Virus record (IMG/VR): IMGVR_UViG_3300036833_000040
Span: 1-43,051 of that record
DNA length: 43,051 nucleotides
Source of the DNA: a virus
Taxonomy: Duplodnaviria > Caudoviricetes
Direction: 5' to 3' (one strand)
Within the stretch, counting starts at the first letter, position 1. Each line of letters begins with the position of its first letter. Positions 1 to 8,595 of this stretch are shown one piece after another. The translations under genes were made by a program, and so were the position numbers. Under the pieces are notes generated by a model. The model was not told the origin of the DNA. It searched no databases and saw only the letters and a program-made list of their open reading frames with translations.

Positions 1-24
1 CGGAAGAAATTCTGTCGTCGCCAT
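1..24 (-). CDS. 5' end of probable tail fibre gene, truncated by window edge
   Basis: ATG at 24 reads MATTEFLP with GGAG RBS, directly after the DUF2612-like gene, where a tail fibre usually follows. Confidence 0.55.
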
Positions 25-34
25 CGCTTGTCTC

Positions 35-664
35 CTACCTCAGCCAGTTTCCCTTGTACGCTAACCGCTTGCGCTCGCCTGTCGGTGATACTTCCCATAT
101 GTTATTGACGGTAACTCCGGCTGGCTTCAGTAATAGCCGTCCGCTCGATATCAATTCCGCAGTCACGGCATCCGGCTCGCGGCCAACCCACGTCACATCG
201 ATCGACATATTCTGATTATCGCGAAGCTGAATCTGGCCCTCTCCGAAAGCGATAGACCACACATCGTAGGCACCCGGCGCGGTTCCGTCCCACTGGTTCG
301 AGGCGATGATGGCGCGAAGGACATTCCGGTACGCTTCATCGGACAACTGGGTCATGCCGTAGTCAGGGTCCCACGGACCCTGCCACGCGCCCTGATCCCA
401 ACCCACCCCATCCGTATCCCAAGCGAAGTACACACCCGTCAGCGGAACCGGAATCTGGCGGCTCTGCCCTACCCTGACGCCTACAGCATCCAGTTGCACA
501 CCCTCGGCAAGATCCACATCGAAGAGTCCCGGCATGATCGACAGCAGATTAATCAGATCGACCTGCCCCTGAAGGAAGACGGTCAGAAAGGCCGCGTACA
601 GCGGCTGCGACCAATGCTGCGAGCTTAAAAGTTCCAGATAGTCCTCGACCGTAGTGAATGCCAT
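35..664 (-). CDS. baseplate wedge protein, DUF2612-like
   Basis: FDVDLAEGVQLDAVG and LSDEAYR motifs, C-terminal KPAGV; follows baseplate J. Confidence 0.85.
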   Translation of the reverse strand: MAFTTVEDYLELLSSQHWSQPLYAAFLTVFLQGQVDLINLLSIMPGLFDVDLAEGVQLDAVGVRVGQSRQIPVPLTGVYFAWDTDGVGWDQGAWQGPWDPDYGMTQLSDEAYRNVLRAIIASNQWDGTAPGAYDVWSIAFGEGQIQLRDNQNMSIDVTWVGREPDAVTAELISSGRLLLKPAGVTVNNIWEVSPTGERKRLAYKGNWLR

Positions 665-665
665 T

Positions 666-1862
666 TTAGGTGTCCTGCGTCACAGTGACGTTGTTGGGAT
701 CAAGCGTTGCTGCCTCGTCGTAAGCAATGGTTATATCGTTCGTCGTCAGCGGATCAGAGTCCCGCGCCTGTGTCAGCGTCGTCACCACGAACGTCGTCTT
801 GTCCGTAAACGCGCAGAGCGAGGCCGATGAGACCATCCAGTTGTAGAACACATCTTCACCGATGCCCAAGCTATTCACGAAATCAGCCAGCGATTGCTGG
901 ATCGCAGCCCCGGACGCGACGGTGAAGCCAGTCAGAGGCTTGATGTGAACGTCGACCGTGATCGGGACCTGCTTGAGCACGGTGAAATTAATAGTGATGG
1001 GTAGCCCCTGCGGGTCAGTGACCGTTACCGCAGTATTGCCTGCGGTGCCTGCGCCAACATTCTTGGCCGCTTCGATGGCCTGTGCCACTGCCGTCTGGTC
1101 GCCACCCTGTACCACCATCACAAAGCTGTGCGAGGGGATGCCGTTGGCGTCGGTCGAATCCGTGTCGTTGACGTAAAGCTGGGCTCTACGTACATCCGGC
1201 ACGTTCGCGACGCGGGAGAGCAACGCACTGGCCGTCGTCGAGGCCGAGATCGAGGTCGATATCCGCTGCCGCTCGCGTAGCTGCCCGTCCGTCTCTACCG
1301 GATCGCCTGCCTGAGCCGCTTCGGGATTGGTGACACTCTGCCATCCAATGACCTGCGTATAGGCCGTATTGATCGTGTTGGCCGAAGCCTGAAGCGCACC
1401 CTGCGTCTCAGCCGTAGCCGTCACAAGGATCTCGCCGTTGGCCGGGATGATGACCTGCGTAGGCAAGTCCCACAGCCGCCCCAGAGTGTCGGAGGCGATA
1501 CCGCGAAAAATCTCCGTTCCCGCCTGCCCGACGACCAACAAAACGGCTGTTGAGTTAGTCGCAACCTGACGCCGGATGCTATTGACCTTGACTGCGGAGT
1601 CGAGGGCGACACCCAGAGCCGTCTGCGGATTGTAGCTGTTATAGACCGCGATAGCGGCTTGGTTGGAATCAAACTGTGCCTGCGCGAGGAGAGCCAGAAG
1701 CTGGCCATCCTTGGAGTCCGGATCGATGTAGATATCCGAGCCGAAGATGGATCTTACTGAAGCCTGATAGCTGGACAGAATATCGGAGAACGTCGGCGCG
1801 GTGATCCCCTGCGCCGTGACCGTTGCTGCAACCGTAGCCAGCGGAAATGTCGGTGATGACAT
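666..1862 (-). CDS. baseplate J/gp47-like protein
   Basis: 398 aa; DSKDGQ, A.GVALD and ETDGQLRERQ motifs. Confidence 0.92.
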   Translation of the reverse strand: MSSPTFPLATVAATVTAQGITAPTFSDILSSYQASVRSIFGSDIYIDPDSKDGQLLALLAQAQFDSNQAAIAVYNSYNPQTALGVALDSAVKVNSIRRQVATNSTAVLLVVGQAGTEIFRGIASDTLGRLWDLPTQVIIPANGEILVTATAETQGALQASANTINTAYTQVIGWQSVTNPEAAQAGDPVETDGQLRERQRISTSISASTTASALLSRVANVPDVRRAQLYVNDTDSTDANGIPSHSFVMVVQGGDQTAVAQAIEAAKNVGAGTAGNTAVTVTDPQGLPITINFTVLKQVPITVDVHIKPLTGFTVASGAAIQQSLADFVNSLGIGEDVFYNWMVSSASLCAFTDKTTFVVTTLTQARDSDPLTTNDITIAYDEAATLDPNNVTVTQDT

Positions 1863-1865
1863 AAC

Positions 1866-2276
1866 TCAATCTCCGTAAGGTCGTGTTCCATACCCACCGA
1901 TGCCGTAACCAGAGACCAGAACAGCCACAGTCATCTGCGACGGCTGGCCCGAATAGCTGGTGTTGATCTTGCTGTTTATCGTCAGCAATCGCGATACCTT
2001 GTCGAGCGAGCTTGCGTAGGTAACGAAGTTTGCGAAGCCATCCGTTTCGGAGATCGTCTGCCTGATGGCTGCGTCGTAAGTCTCCGGCTTGTTGTAGCCA
2101 AGCACTCGCGTCTGCCACGGCATCCCCACCGTCGTGTCGGGGAAATACTCTCCCTGAAAGAGCCGCAGCCGCGTCTTGACCGCCTGCGCTACCGCCGCAG
2201 GCTCGTTGACAAAGAAGTCAGCGTCGCCCTGTCCGAAGACGTAATCACCCGTAGCTGTTTCGCGGCGATATCTCAT
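1866..2276 (-). CDS. baseplate wedge/sheath initiator (gp25/gp46-like)
   Basis: GDYVFG, AVAQAVKTRLRLFQGEYF.DT..G.PW motifs; between spike and J. Confidence 0.85.
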   Translation of the reverse strand: MRYRRETATGDYVFGQGDADFFVNEPAAVAQAVKTRLRLFQGEYFPDTTVGMPWQTRVLGYNKPETYDAAIRQTISETDGFANFVTYASSLDKVSRLLTINSKINTSYSGQPSQMTVAVLVSGYGIGGYGTRPYGD

Positions 2277-2282
2277 AGTTCA

Positions 2283-2288
2283 AGTCTA
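2283..2288 (-). promoter_or_regulatory. -10 element of leaderless promoter
   Basis: TAGACT 6 nt upstream of ATG at 2276, no RBS. Confidence 0.5.
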
Positions 2289-2302
2289 TTGGTCGAGTCA
2301 AA

Positions 2303-2323
2303 ATTTTCCGGTTACCGGAAAAT
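2303..2323. repeat. dispersed palindrome copy 1 (ATTTTCCGG-TTA-CCGGAAAAT)
   Basis: perfect 9-bp arms; recurs at 14412, 16522, 34081, 40740. Confidence 0.9.
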
Positions 2324-3027
2324 CAAACTGGTGGTCCGGTATTGCTGCCGCCGCCCTGAACTCCGCTGTGGAGGTGGTGGGCCATGCTCTTCCCTGCCGC
2401 CGTCACGTCGTTCTGGAACGAAGCTCCTTGGTTGCTGACGATCTGGCCGTTGATAGTAATCGTTGGCGCGTTGATGGTTATCCCGCTGGCGTCGATACGA
2501 AGGTACATTTGCCCATCCTTCGAGCGTATCTCGAAGGCGTTCGGGTTGACGTTCTGGACCGCGTTAGGCCGAGATCTGACTCCCGCCAGTATGAAAGCGT
2601 CGGCCAGATCGTGATGCCGGAGATCACGGCGCCGCTGGCTGCCACCGAACTGCCACCAGTCGTCGATAGACTTCTGCGCGAACAGTGCCAAGCACTCATC
2701 GCCCGGCTGCGGAGGAGCCAGAACGGTACAGCCGCCTCCGGTGATGAAGACGACGGGACAGCGGACCAGCGGAGGGTAATCGTTCCACTCGTTGACGATA
2801 TTCTCGCGGTTCTTCTGCTGATCGATAGCCGAGCGGGTATCTCCGGATGGCGTGGTGCGGTTCTGCTGCACTCGTACCTGCGAGAGGATCTTGGCATCGG
2901 CCGTATTGGTCGCCGGGTCGAAGCTGACGATCTCTACCGGAAACGACGTCATCACATCGGTCAAAGCTCCGGCGATGGCGCTGCGGACTGCTTCTTCCGG
3001 ATCGTTGAGCCGTTCGGTCAGGTTCAT
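2323..3027 (-). CDS. baseplate central spike (Gp138-like)
   Basis: start MNLTERL at 3027; GDECL.LF, R.HDLAD and C-terminal H.HSGVQGG..NTG.P spike-tip motif. Confidence 0.9.
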   Translation of the reverse strand: MNLTERLNDPEEAVRSAIAGALTDVMTSFPVEIVSFDPATNTADAKILSQVRVQQNRTTPSGDTRSAIDQQKNRENIVNEWNDYPPLVRCPVVFITGGGCTVLAPPQPGDECLALFAQKSIDDWWQFGGSQRRRDLRHHDLADAFILAGVRSRPNAVQNVNPNAFEIRSKDGQMYLRIDASGITINAPTITINGQIVSNQGASFQNDVTAAGKSMAHHLHSGVQGGGSNTGPPV

Positions 3028-4028
3028 TGTGCCGCTCCGCTGGTAACGGTCAGCGATGGATCGAGTGCGAGGCCGATGATATCCGTATACCACTCCTGCC
3101 CGCGTGTATCGCCTGTGTGCTCGATTGCAAGGACGCGATAGAGGGAATTATTAGCCAGCGTTGCGATAGGCGCTAGGGTAGGCCGGAAACGGCTCAACTG
3201 CGTCGTCTCGTTGATCAGGTTGGCTGCTATCGAAACCTGAACTCCGATCCTGATCTGCGGATTGAGCAGACAGCGAGCCTCGACTCCACTATCAGTCGTC
3301 TCCGGAACTCCGATCAGCCCGGTGTCCGGCCCCAGCGAGATCGCAGTCCCGGCACGGACTCCTGTGTTCTTGGTCACGATCAGGACGCCATTCTGGACGC
3401 TCCACGTTGCGTCAATCGAGTCAGCCAGCGTCCGCATAATGCTCCGCGTCATGCCGTACAGTACCCGGCCACGAGGGACGAAGATATTGCCCTGCGTTCC
3501 TGCCTCGCGCTGAAGCATCTCGACCGTCTGCGGGTCTACCTGAACGCTCATCGATCCGGCGCACTGTCGATAGACGTCCAGCCACGTCGCTGCCTGCTGC
3601 TCTGCCGAGAGCGTGGTATTGATGAAGCCAAAGTTGTAGCCGAGGTCGTTGTCAGCGGCAAGGATCTCCAGAAAGCTGTCTACGGCACTCTCCCGGCCAC
3701 GGCGAAACTGCCGGATGGTTCCAGTGAAGATCAGGCTGAAGCTGGAATACACGTAGCCTGCGGAGAGCGAGACCTGATCGTATTCCTTGACGATAGAGCG
3801 CATCGTCTCCGCGTCGAGGTTGTAGACCCTCACCGTCATCAGGTTCGGCGTCTCGATATCGGCTGACGTCACCTGAAAGCGGAAGTGAAGCTCGGAGAGA
3901 TCAAGGCCATCGGCAACCAGCTGTTGCGGACGGCCACGCTTGGCGACGATCAACTGGACCTTACGTAGCCATTGCCGCCCTTCGGGTATGACCGCGATAT
4001 CCGGATTGCTGCTCACCACATCAGCCAC
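3024..4028 (-). CDS. baseplate hub protein
   Basis: GTG start 4028; VYNL, LSAGY, TGLIGVPE, CLLNP, GDTRG.EWY motifs. Confidence 0.85.
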   Translation of the reverse strand: MADVVSSNPDIAVIPEGRQWLRKVQLIVAKRGRPQQLVADGLDLSELHFRFQVTSADIETPNLMTVRVYNLDAETMRSIVKEYDQVSLSAGYVYSSFSLIFTGTIRQFRRGRESAVDSFLEILAADNDLGYNFGFINTTLSAEQQAATWLDVYRQCAGSMSVQVDPQTVEMLQREAGTQGNIFVPRGRVLYGMTRSIMRTLADSIDATWSVQNGVLIVTKNTGVRAGTAISLGPDTGLIGVPETTDSGVEARCLLNPQIRIGVQVSIAANLINETTQLSRFRPTLAPIATLANNSLYRVLAIEHTGDTRGQEWYTDIIGLALDPSLTVTSGAAQ

Positions 4029-4365
4029 TGGTGTCTCCTTGGTCGAAGGGGATGTAGAAGAGGTGCGAGAGCGAACCAAGATTCTCGAATGTAGGTTGCG
4101 CCAGCCTGTCGTGATCGGTCTGTACTACAAGCCTGCCGGGGAACTCCAGATAAGCGAACTGCGCCAGTAGATCGGCACCAGTCACAACCGCATTGCCGAG
4201 CAGAATCGGGTCCAGCGTCGCAGCGTCGTAGATATCCATAATCCAGCACTGAATCGGCCAGCACCATGTAATCCGCACCCGATAGTCCACGCCGGAGAGC
4301 GTCACCTGAAGCTCCTGCGGAACCGACACCAGCGGGATCTCGAACACCTGTAGTTGCGAACTCAT
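4021..4365 (-). CDS. small baseplate (plug-like) protein
   Basis: FEIPL...PQ, W..DI.D, VTGADLLAQF.YL; conserved position. Confidence 0.75.
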   Translation of the reverse strand: MSSQLQVFEIPLVSVPQELQVTLSGVDYRVRITWCWPIQCWIMDIYDAATLDPILLGNAVVTGADLLAQFAYLEFPGRLVVQTDHDRLAQPTFENLGSLSHLFYIPFDQGDTSG

Positions 4366-5064
4366 CTATCCTCCGAATCCCGCGCCGATACCTGCCAGAC
4401 CAGTAGCCGCTCCGCGATTGAAGCTCGAACCCTGTTGCAGCGGTTGCTGACCGCGCTGGCTGACGCCGAGCGTACGCTCCGGATTCGTCTGCGTCGTAGG
4501 GTCATTCGAGACCTCTACCGTCTGCGTCTGGACGAATATAATCTCGCGGCAGATCATGCGCACGATGAGCGCGTTCTCGGTATTGCGGTCCGTTGTCATA
4601 CTGACGGCTTGAAGGATCATGTTCTGGTAAGTCCTGCGCCCGGTGTAGACGTTGAAGATGGCGCGGGTAGATTGCAGGTCCAGAATCTGGTTGTAAATAT
4701 CATTGAGGTAGGTCGTTGAACCCGTCGCGTTCCCCGTACCGCTTGGCGACCACCCGTAGGTGACGACGATCTCCGCAGGCAGTTTATAGGCGTGGTCGGA
4801 GACGGTTGCATTACCCGCCTGCGAACCCTGTACCGGATGATCGGTGACGACGAGTTGGTCGGAGTGCTCCTCTTCGATAGTCACATCCGGATAGATGCCG
4901 CCTATCGAGCGTATCAGGGTAACGCGGAAGTCGGGTTCGCCAAGCTGGTTCGAGTCAACTGAAGCCTGCGGCGAAAGCGCCGAGTCGAAGGGGATAGCCG
5001 AGAGCGCAGTTTCAGAAAAGGTATCCGGTATAAGAGTCCGCGGAGTGAGAAAGGTCTCCATCAT
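4366..5064 (-). CDS. Dit-like baseplate/tube initiator protein
   Basis: EEEH.D.L.VTDHPV, SDHAY, V.TG.R.Y.NM motifs; follows tape measure. Confidence 0.8.
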   Translation of the reverse strand: MMETFLTPRTLIPDTFSETALSAIPFDSALSPQASVDSNQLGEPDFRVTLIRSIGGIYPDVTIEEEHSDQLVVTDHPVQGSQAGNATVSDHAYKLPAEIVVTYGWSPSGTGNATGSTTYLNDIYNQILDLQSTRAIFNVYTGRRTYQNMILQAVSMTTDRNTENALIVRMICREIIFVQTQTVEVSNDPTTQTNPERTLGVSQRGQQPLQQGSSFNRGAATGLAGIGAGFGG

Positions 5065-7085
5065 GCCGTCCTCGCTTGCATGTTCCGCGTCATCGACTGG
5101 TTTACCCGCGCCTGCTCATCAGTGACCGCCCTAGCAACTCGCTGCGGATCTCCGGCGCCATGGATGTTGATGTTCGTCTCCTGATGGAACTGTGCACCCG
5201 CATTGCCCTGCCCTTGCTCAGAGCGAAGATCCCTCAGCCCTTCAAGGAACTCGGCCTGCTCCTGTGATCTACGGCTGATGAGTCCCTTACTTACCTTACC
5301 CTCGCTGCGGTTGTACAACTCGAACGCCTTGGCTGCGCCCTCGAAGTCTCCGGACTTTAGTTTCTCTGTCATCGTGTCGCCTATCCGGCCCATGTTGTAA
5401 TGCAGACTGGTCAGCGCCGCGATCATCTTTTCGTTCAGCCCCAAACCTTGCGTCTCTCTCCGGACCGCTTTCTCATGTTTGCTTATGTCTCCTTCCAATA
5501 GCTGCTGCCCCTCCTCCTTGGAGATCGAGCGGCCGAGCAAGCCCTCTTCCCCCGGCTTGATCTGGTGACCGAAGCCGATGGCCATCTTGCCCGCGTCGGG
5601 ATACGCCTTTGCCGCCCAACCTTCAAAGCCTGCGATTAGCTGCTGCGAGAACGACGCTCCGGCTCCGAGCATCTTTCGCCCTGCCTCCAGCGCGTCTTTT
5701 CCCTTCGTGGCCACCCACTCGTCGGCCTTGCCTACCGAGCTACGGAAGGTGTCGATGCCTGCGGAGAACTTATCGCCCTTGTCTGCGACCCACTGGTCAG
5801 CTTTACCCACCGCAGCCCTGAATTTGTCGATGCCGTCCGTCCACTTATTTTGCTGCTCAGTCCACCACTCGTCAGCTTTACCAATCGAGGAGCGAAACGC
5901 CTCCAGCTTGCCGCTACCCTCAGCAGCTTCCGCTTTACGTTCGTCCTGCTTACCGCCGAGCAGGGCTTTCAGCTTCTCCCACGTCTTCTCGACGGAGTGT
6001 TCTTCGCCCCACTTCTGCATGGCGTCGGCTACACCGGTTTGCTTCAGGATGTAGGCGATGCCAAGCGCCGCGATGATGCCTAGCACTATCGGAACAACGA
6101 CAGCGGCTACGGAGGCGATGGCAGAGGTTGCGGCTGCGCCGCCTGCTGCGGCAGTACCTGCGGCTGCGGTTCCCCCGGCTGCGGCTGCGGCCCCTCCTGC
6201 GGCACCGATAGAGCCAATCGCTCCGGCTAGCGAGGTGAAGATCCCCACCACCGGGCCAAGCACCGCCGAGATGGCTCCGATGGCCGTTCCCAACGCGCCG
6301 AGGATGAGCAGGAAGCCGCCGATAGTGGTAATCAAAGCCAGCAGTTTCGGATCGAGCTTACTGATCCATTCCACCGCGCCAATCGCCGCCGTAGTCAGCC
6401 GCTCCATGTAGGGGAGAAGCTTCTCCGCGATGATGCCGCCGAAGATCATCAACTGCTCGTTAAGCTTGCGCAGCGCGTTCTGATACTCGACGGCTTTCCG
6501 CGCCTGCTCGTCCGGATCGACGCCCGCTGCCTCCGTCATCCGTCGCCGCTCCTCGACCTTGGCGCGGAACTGAGCCGGATTGCGCATGATCTGAAGCATC
6601 GTCTGCGCATCCTGCCCGAAGATATCGCCCATCTGGATCTTGGTCGAGTCAGGCAGATGCTGCATCTTGTCGAGGAAATCCATGTATAGCTTGACCGAAT
6701 CCGTCTCCTGCGCATTGACGCCAATGCCGGCCAAAATTCCCGCTGTTCCGGGGTTGCGCTTCAGCGTCATGTAGAGGCTGTTGATCTGGCTGGTGACCTC
6801 ATCAGCCGAAACGCCGATCTGCTGGGCCGCGTACTGGACTTCCTGAAGTGATTTGACCGTCGTACCGACACGCTGCGCCGTGTAGTACATCTTTTCAAAG
6901 TTGCCGGAGACCTTGTTGACGTGCGTAGCGATGGCAAGGCCAGCGGCAGCTACCGAAGCCGCAACGGCGGTCAGGCCGGTAACGACGCGATCAAATGTCT
7001 TGGTGAATTTGCGTACCGAGTTCTCATCGACCTTGAAGCCGATAGCGACGACAAATTCCTTGAGAACGTCTGCGCCGACTGCCAC
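5061..7085 (-). CDS. tape measure protein with C-terminal GH24 lysozyme domain
   Basis: Ala/Gly-rich helical and hydrophobic segments; C-terminal FEG...AYPD....IGFGH...YNMG...GLISRR..E. Confidence 0.88.
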   Translation of the reverse strand: MAVGADVLKEFVVAIGFKVDENSVRKFTKTFDRVVTGLTAVAASVAAAGLAIATHVNKVSGNFEKMYYTAQRVGTTVKSLQEVQYAAQQIGVSADEVTSQINSLYMTLKRNPGTAGILAGIGVNAQETDSVKLYMDFLDKMQHLPDSTKIQMGDIFGQDAQTMLQIMRNPAQFRAKVEERRRMTEAAGVDPDEQARKAVEYQNALRKLNEQLMIFGGIIAEKLLPYMERLTTAAIGAVEWISKLDPKLLALITTIGGFLLILGALGTAIGAISAVLGPVVGIFTSLAGAIGSIGAAGGAAAAAGGTAAAGTAAAGGAAATSAIASVAAVVVPIVLGIIAALGIAYILKQTGVADAMQKWGEEHSVEKTWEKLKALLGGKQDERKAEAAEGSGKLEAFRSSIGKADEWWTEQQNKWTDGIDKFRAAVGKADQWVADKGDKFSAGIDTFRSSVGKADEWVATKGKDALEAGRKMLGAGASFSQQLIAGFEGWAAKAYPDAGKMAIGFGHQIKPGEEGLLGRSISKEEGQQLLEGDISKHEKAVRRETQGLGLNEKMIAALTSLHYNMGRIGDTMTEKLKSGDFEGAAKAFELYNRSEGKVSKGLISRRSQEQAEFLEGLRDLRSEQGQGNAGAQFHQETNINIHGAGDPQRVARAVTDEQARVNQSMTRNMQARTA

Positions 7086-7349
7086 CTATCGCCTCCAGCC
7101 CCGCTCTAGTCTCCGCTCCCGCTCCTCATACTCCCACAGGCGACGGTCATTCTCATTCTGAACGTCGAGGGCGTCATTGATGATGGCTACATCGAGCAGC
7201 GTGAGTTCTGTCGTCAGTAGCGTCTCATAGCGGATGACGCCCGCCAGAACCGGACGCAATAGCCAGTCCTCCGCGCATCCGGTCTGAGTCAGGTCTACTG
7301 CATCACCATTGCTGCGGCTGCGTCTGATCCCGGTGGAGGGCTGGTAGGA
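7086..7349 (-). CDS. -1 frame extension of tail assembly chaperone (gpGT-like)
   Basis: frame open from the slippery T7 run to TAG at 7086-7088, reading ...EDWLLRPVLAGVIRYE...DVAIINDALDVQNEN...; no ATG of its own; abuts the tape measure GTG. Confidence 0.75.
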   Translation of the reverse strand, partial: SYQPSTGIRRSRSNGDAVDLTQTGCAEDWLLRPVLAGVIRYETLLTTELTLLDVAIINDALDVQNENDRRLWEYEERERRLERGWRR

Positions 7350-7762
7350 AAAAAATCGGCCAGATTCACCTTCACTACCTCAGCCGTCAGTTGCAGCATC
7401 ACCTTCATATCGATGAAGTCGAACATCATCAGGCTGTTCGACATAACCGGAGCAGAGCCGCGATCCTGCCTGAGCGATACGACGGAGAGACAGGTGTCGA
7501 TGATGAAGTCGCAATCATCGTTCGGCATCTTGGCGATGATATCGGCTATGGCGGGAAGGAGCTCCGCACCGCGTTCGAGAAAAGTATCGGCGGCGGGCAT
7601 CTTGCCATCGTCGCCCTTCTCGAACAGAGTGCGGAGGTGAGGGAGAATGGCTCCGAGAAACGGGGCCAGTCGTCGGGCAACGTGAAAAGCTTTCTTGGGC
7701 GTGAGACGGTTGATCTGATACGTCTTCCCGTCGATCTCCGTGATAGCTACGAAGGGTTCCAT
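7295..7762 (-). CDS. tail assembly chaperone (gpG-like)
   Basis: between tube and tape measure; FHVARRLAP motif; NLADFF near the C-terminus. Confidence 0.85.
   Translation of the reverse strand: MEPFVAITEIDGKTYQINRLTPKKAFHVARRLAPFLGAILPHLRTLFEKGDDGKMPAADTFLERGAELLPAIADIIAKMPNDDCDFIIDTCLSVVSLRQDRGSAPVMSNSLMMFDFIDMKVMLQLTAEVVKVNLADFFPTSPPPGSDAAAAMVMQ
7349..7355 (-). other. programmed -1 frameshift slippery heptamer T TTT TTT
   Basis: GAT TTT TTT CCT in chaperone frame; -1 frame stays open. Confidence 0.75.
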
Positions 7763-7808
7763 TGGCGCAGTCCTCCGGTATGAGCGAATTGTAACCCCGC
7801 AAGACTAC

Positions 7809-8264
7809 TCACCCGGCACCAAGCACGACGTAGAGATGCCCAACCTCAAACTCCCACACAACCGGTACGGTCTCCTTGGCGTACGAGTTCGGTGGACGGC
7901 GGGTAAATGCTACCTGAGCGCAGGTGTAGTGGTCGCCAGAGACAGGGTTGGTGACCGTAATTGTGTTCTGCCCCCAATAAAGCGAGGACTGCTTCTGATA
8001 GTTATAGGCCGCGTTCAACTGCCCGTTGAGCGGAGAAGTCTTCAGGACGTGGATGGTGCAGTGTGCGGCGTCGACACCGACCAGCGTATGCATGACTTCG
8101 CCAGAAGCTCCCGGCGTCATCCGGTTCTTGTCCTCCAGCGGCTCGAAGGTGATGCCCTCATCAGCCTGTCCGCTGGCATTGCCAAAGCTCGCAGAAAGGC
8201 CGGGACCGACGATAGTACCGTACACGTCGAGGAATGAATAAGTCGGTAGCGGGAAGTCAGCCAT
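7809..8264 (-). CDS. tail tube protein (DUF3277-like)
   Basis: TYSFLDV, A.EGIT, GA.GE.MH, LKTSP.N motifs. Confidence 0.88.
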   Translation of the reverse strand: MADFPLPTYSFLDVYGTIVGPGLSASFGNASGQADEGITFEPLEDKNRMTPGASGEVMHTLVGVDAAHCTIHVLKTSPLNGQLNAAYNYQKQSSLYWGQNTITVTNPVSGDHYTCAQVAFTRRPPNSYAKETVPVVWEFEVGHLYVVLGAG

Positions 8265-8265
8265 G

Positions 8266-8595
8266 TCAGGTTCTCCTTACAAACTCCTTCAACTTCCACG
8301 CCTTCATCTCGCGGGCGTGATTACTGACTCTCAACGAGCAGAAATGACCAACCGGAAGCCAGTCGCCATCCTTGAAGATCGACCCTGCCGCATTACCAAG
8401 GTCTGACGGTTTATAGCCTCCGTACACCAGCATCCGCTGCACCTCGTCGGCAGTCACCGTCCTGCCGTCGCGACCGAGATAGTGCGCAACCTCACGCGCA
8501 ATCGCCAGCAACTCGGCACGATTGGAAGCGGCCACTTCCATACCGTGCTGCTTGCCCGCCTGCGAAGCTTCGAAATCAAAGCTGTCCTGCATCAT
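8266..8595 (-). CDS. hypothetical protein inserted between sheath and tube
   Basis: 109 aa, ATGA-coupled to the sheath stop. Confidence 0.65.
   Translation of the reverse strand: MMQDSFDFEASQAGKQHGMEVAASNRAELLAIAREVAHYLGRDGRTVTADEVQRMLVYGGYKPSDLGNAAGSIFKDGDWLPVGHFCSLRVSNHAREMKAWKLKEFVRRT

Noticed and set aside
5680-5900. Three FRS(S/A)(I/V)GKAD(E/Q)W-like repeats in the tape measure
   Set aside because: Ordinary tape-measure periodic repeats; KAD is not the AKD linker
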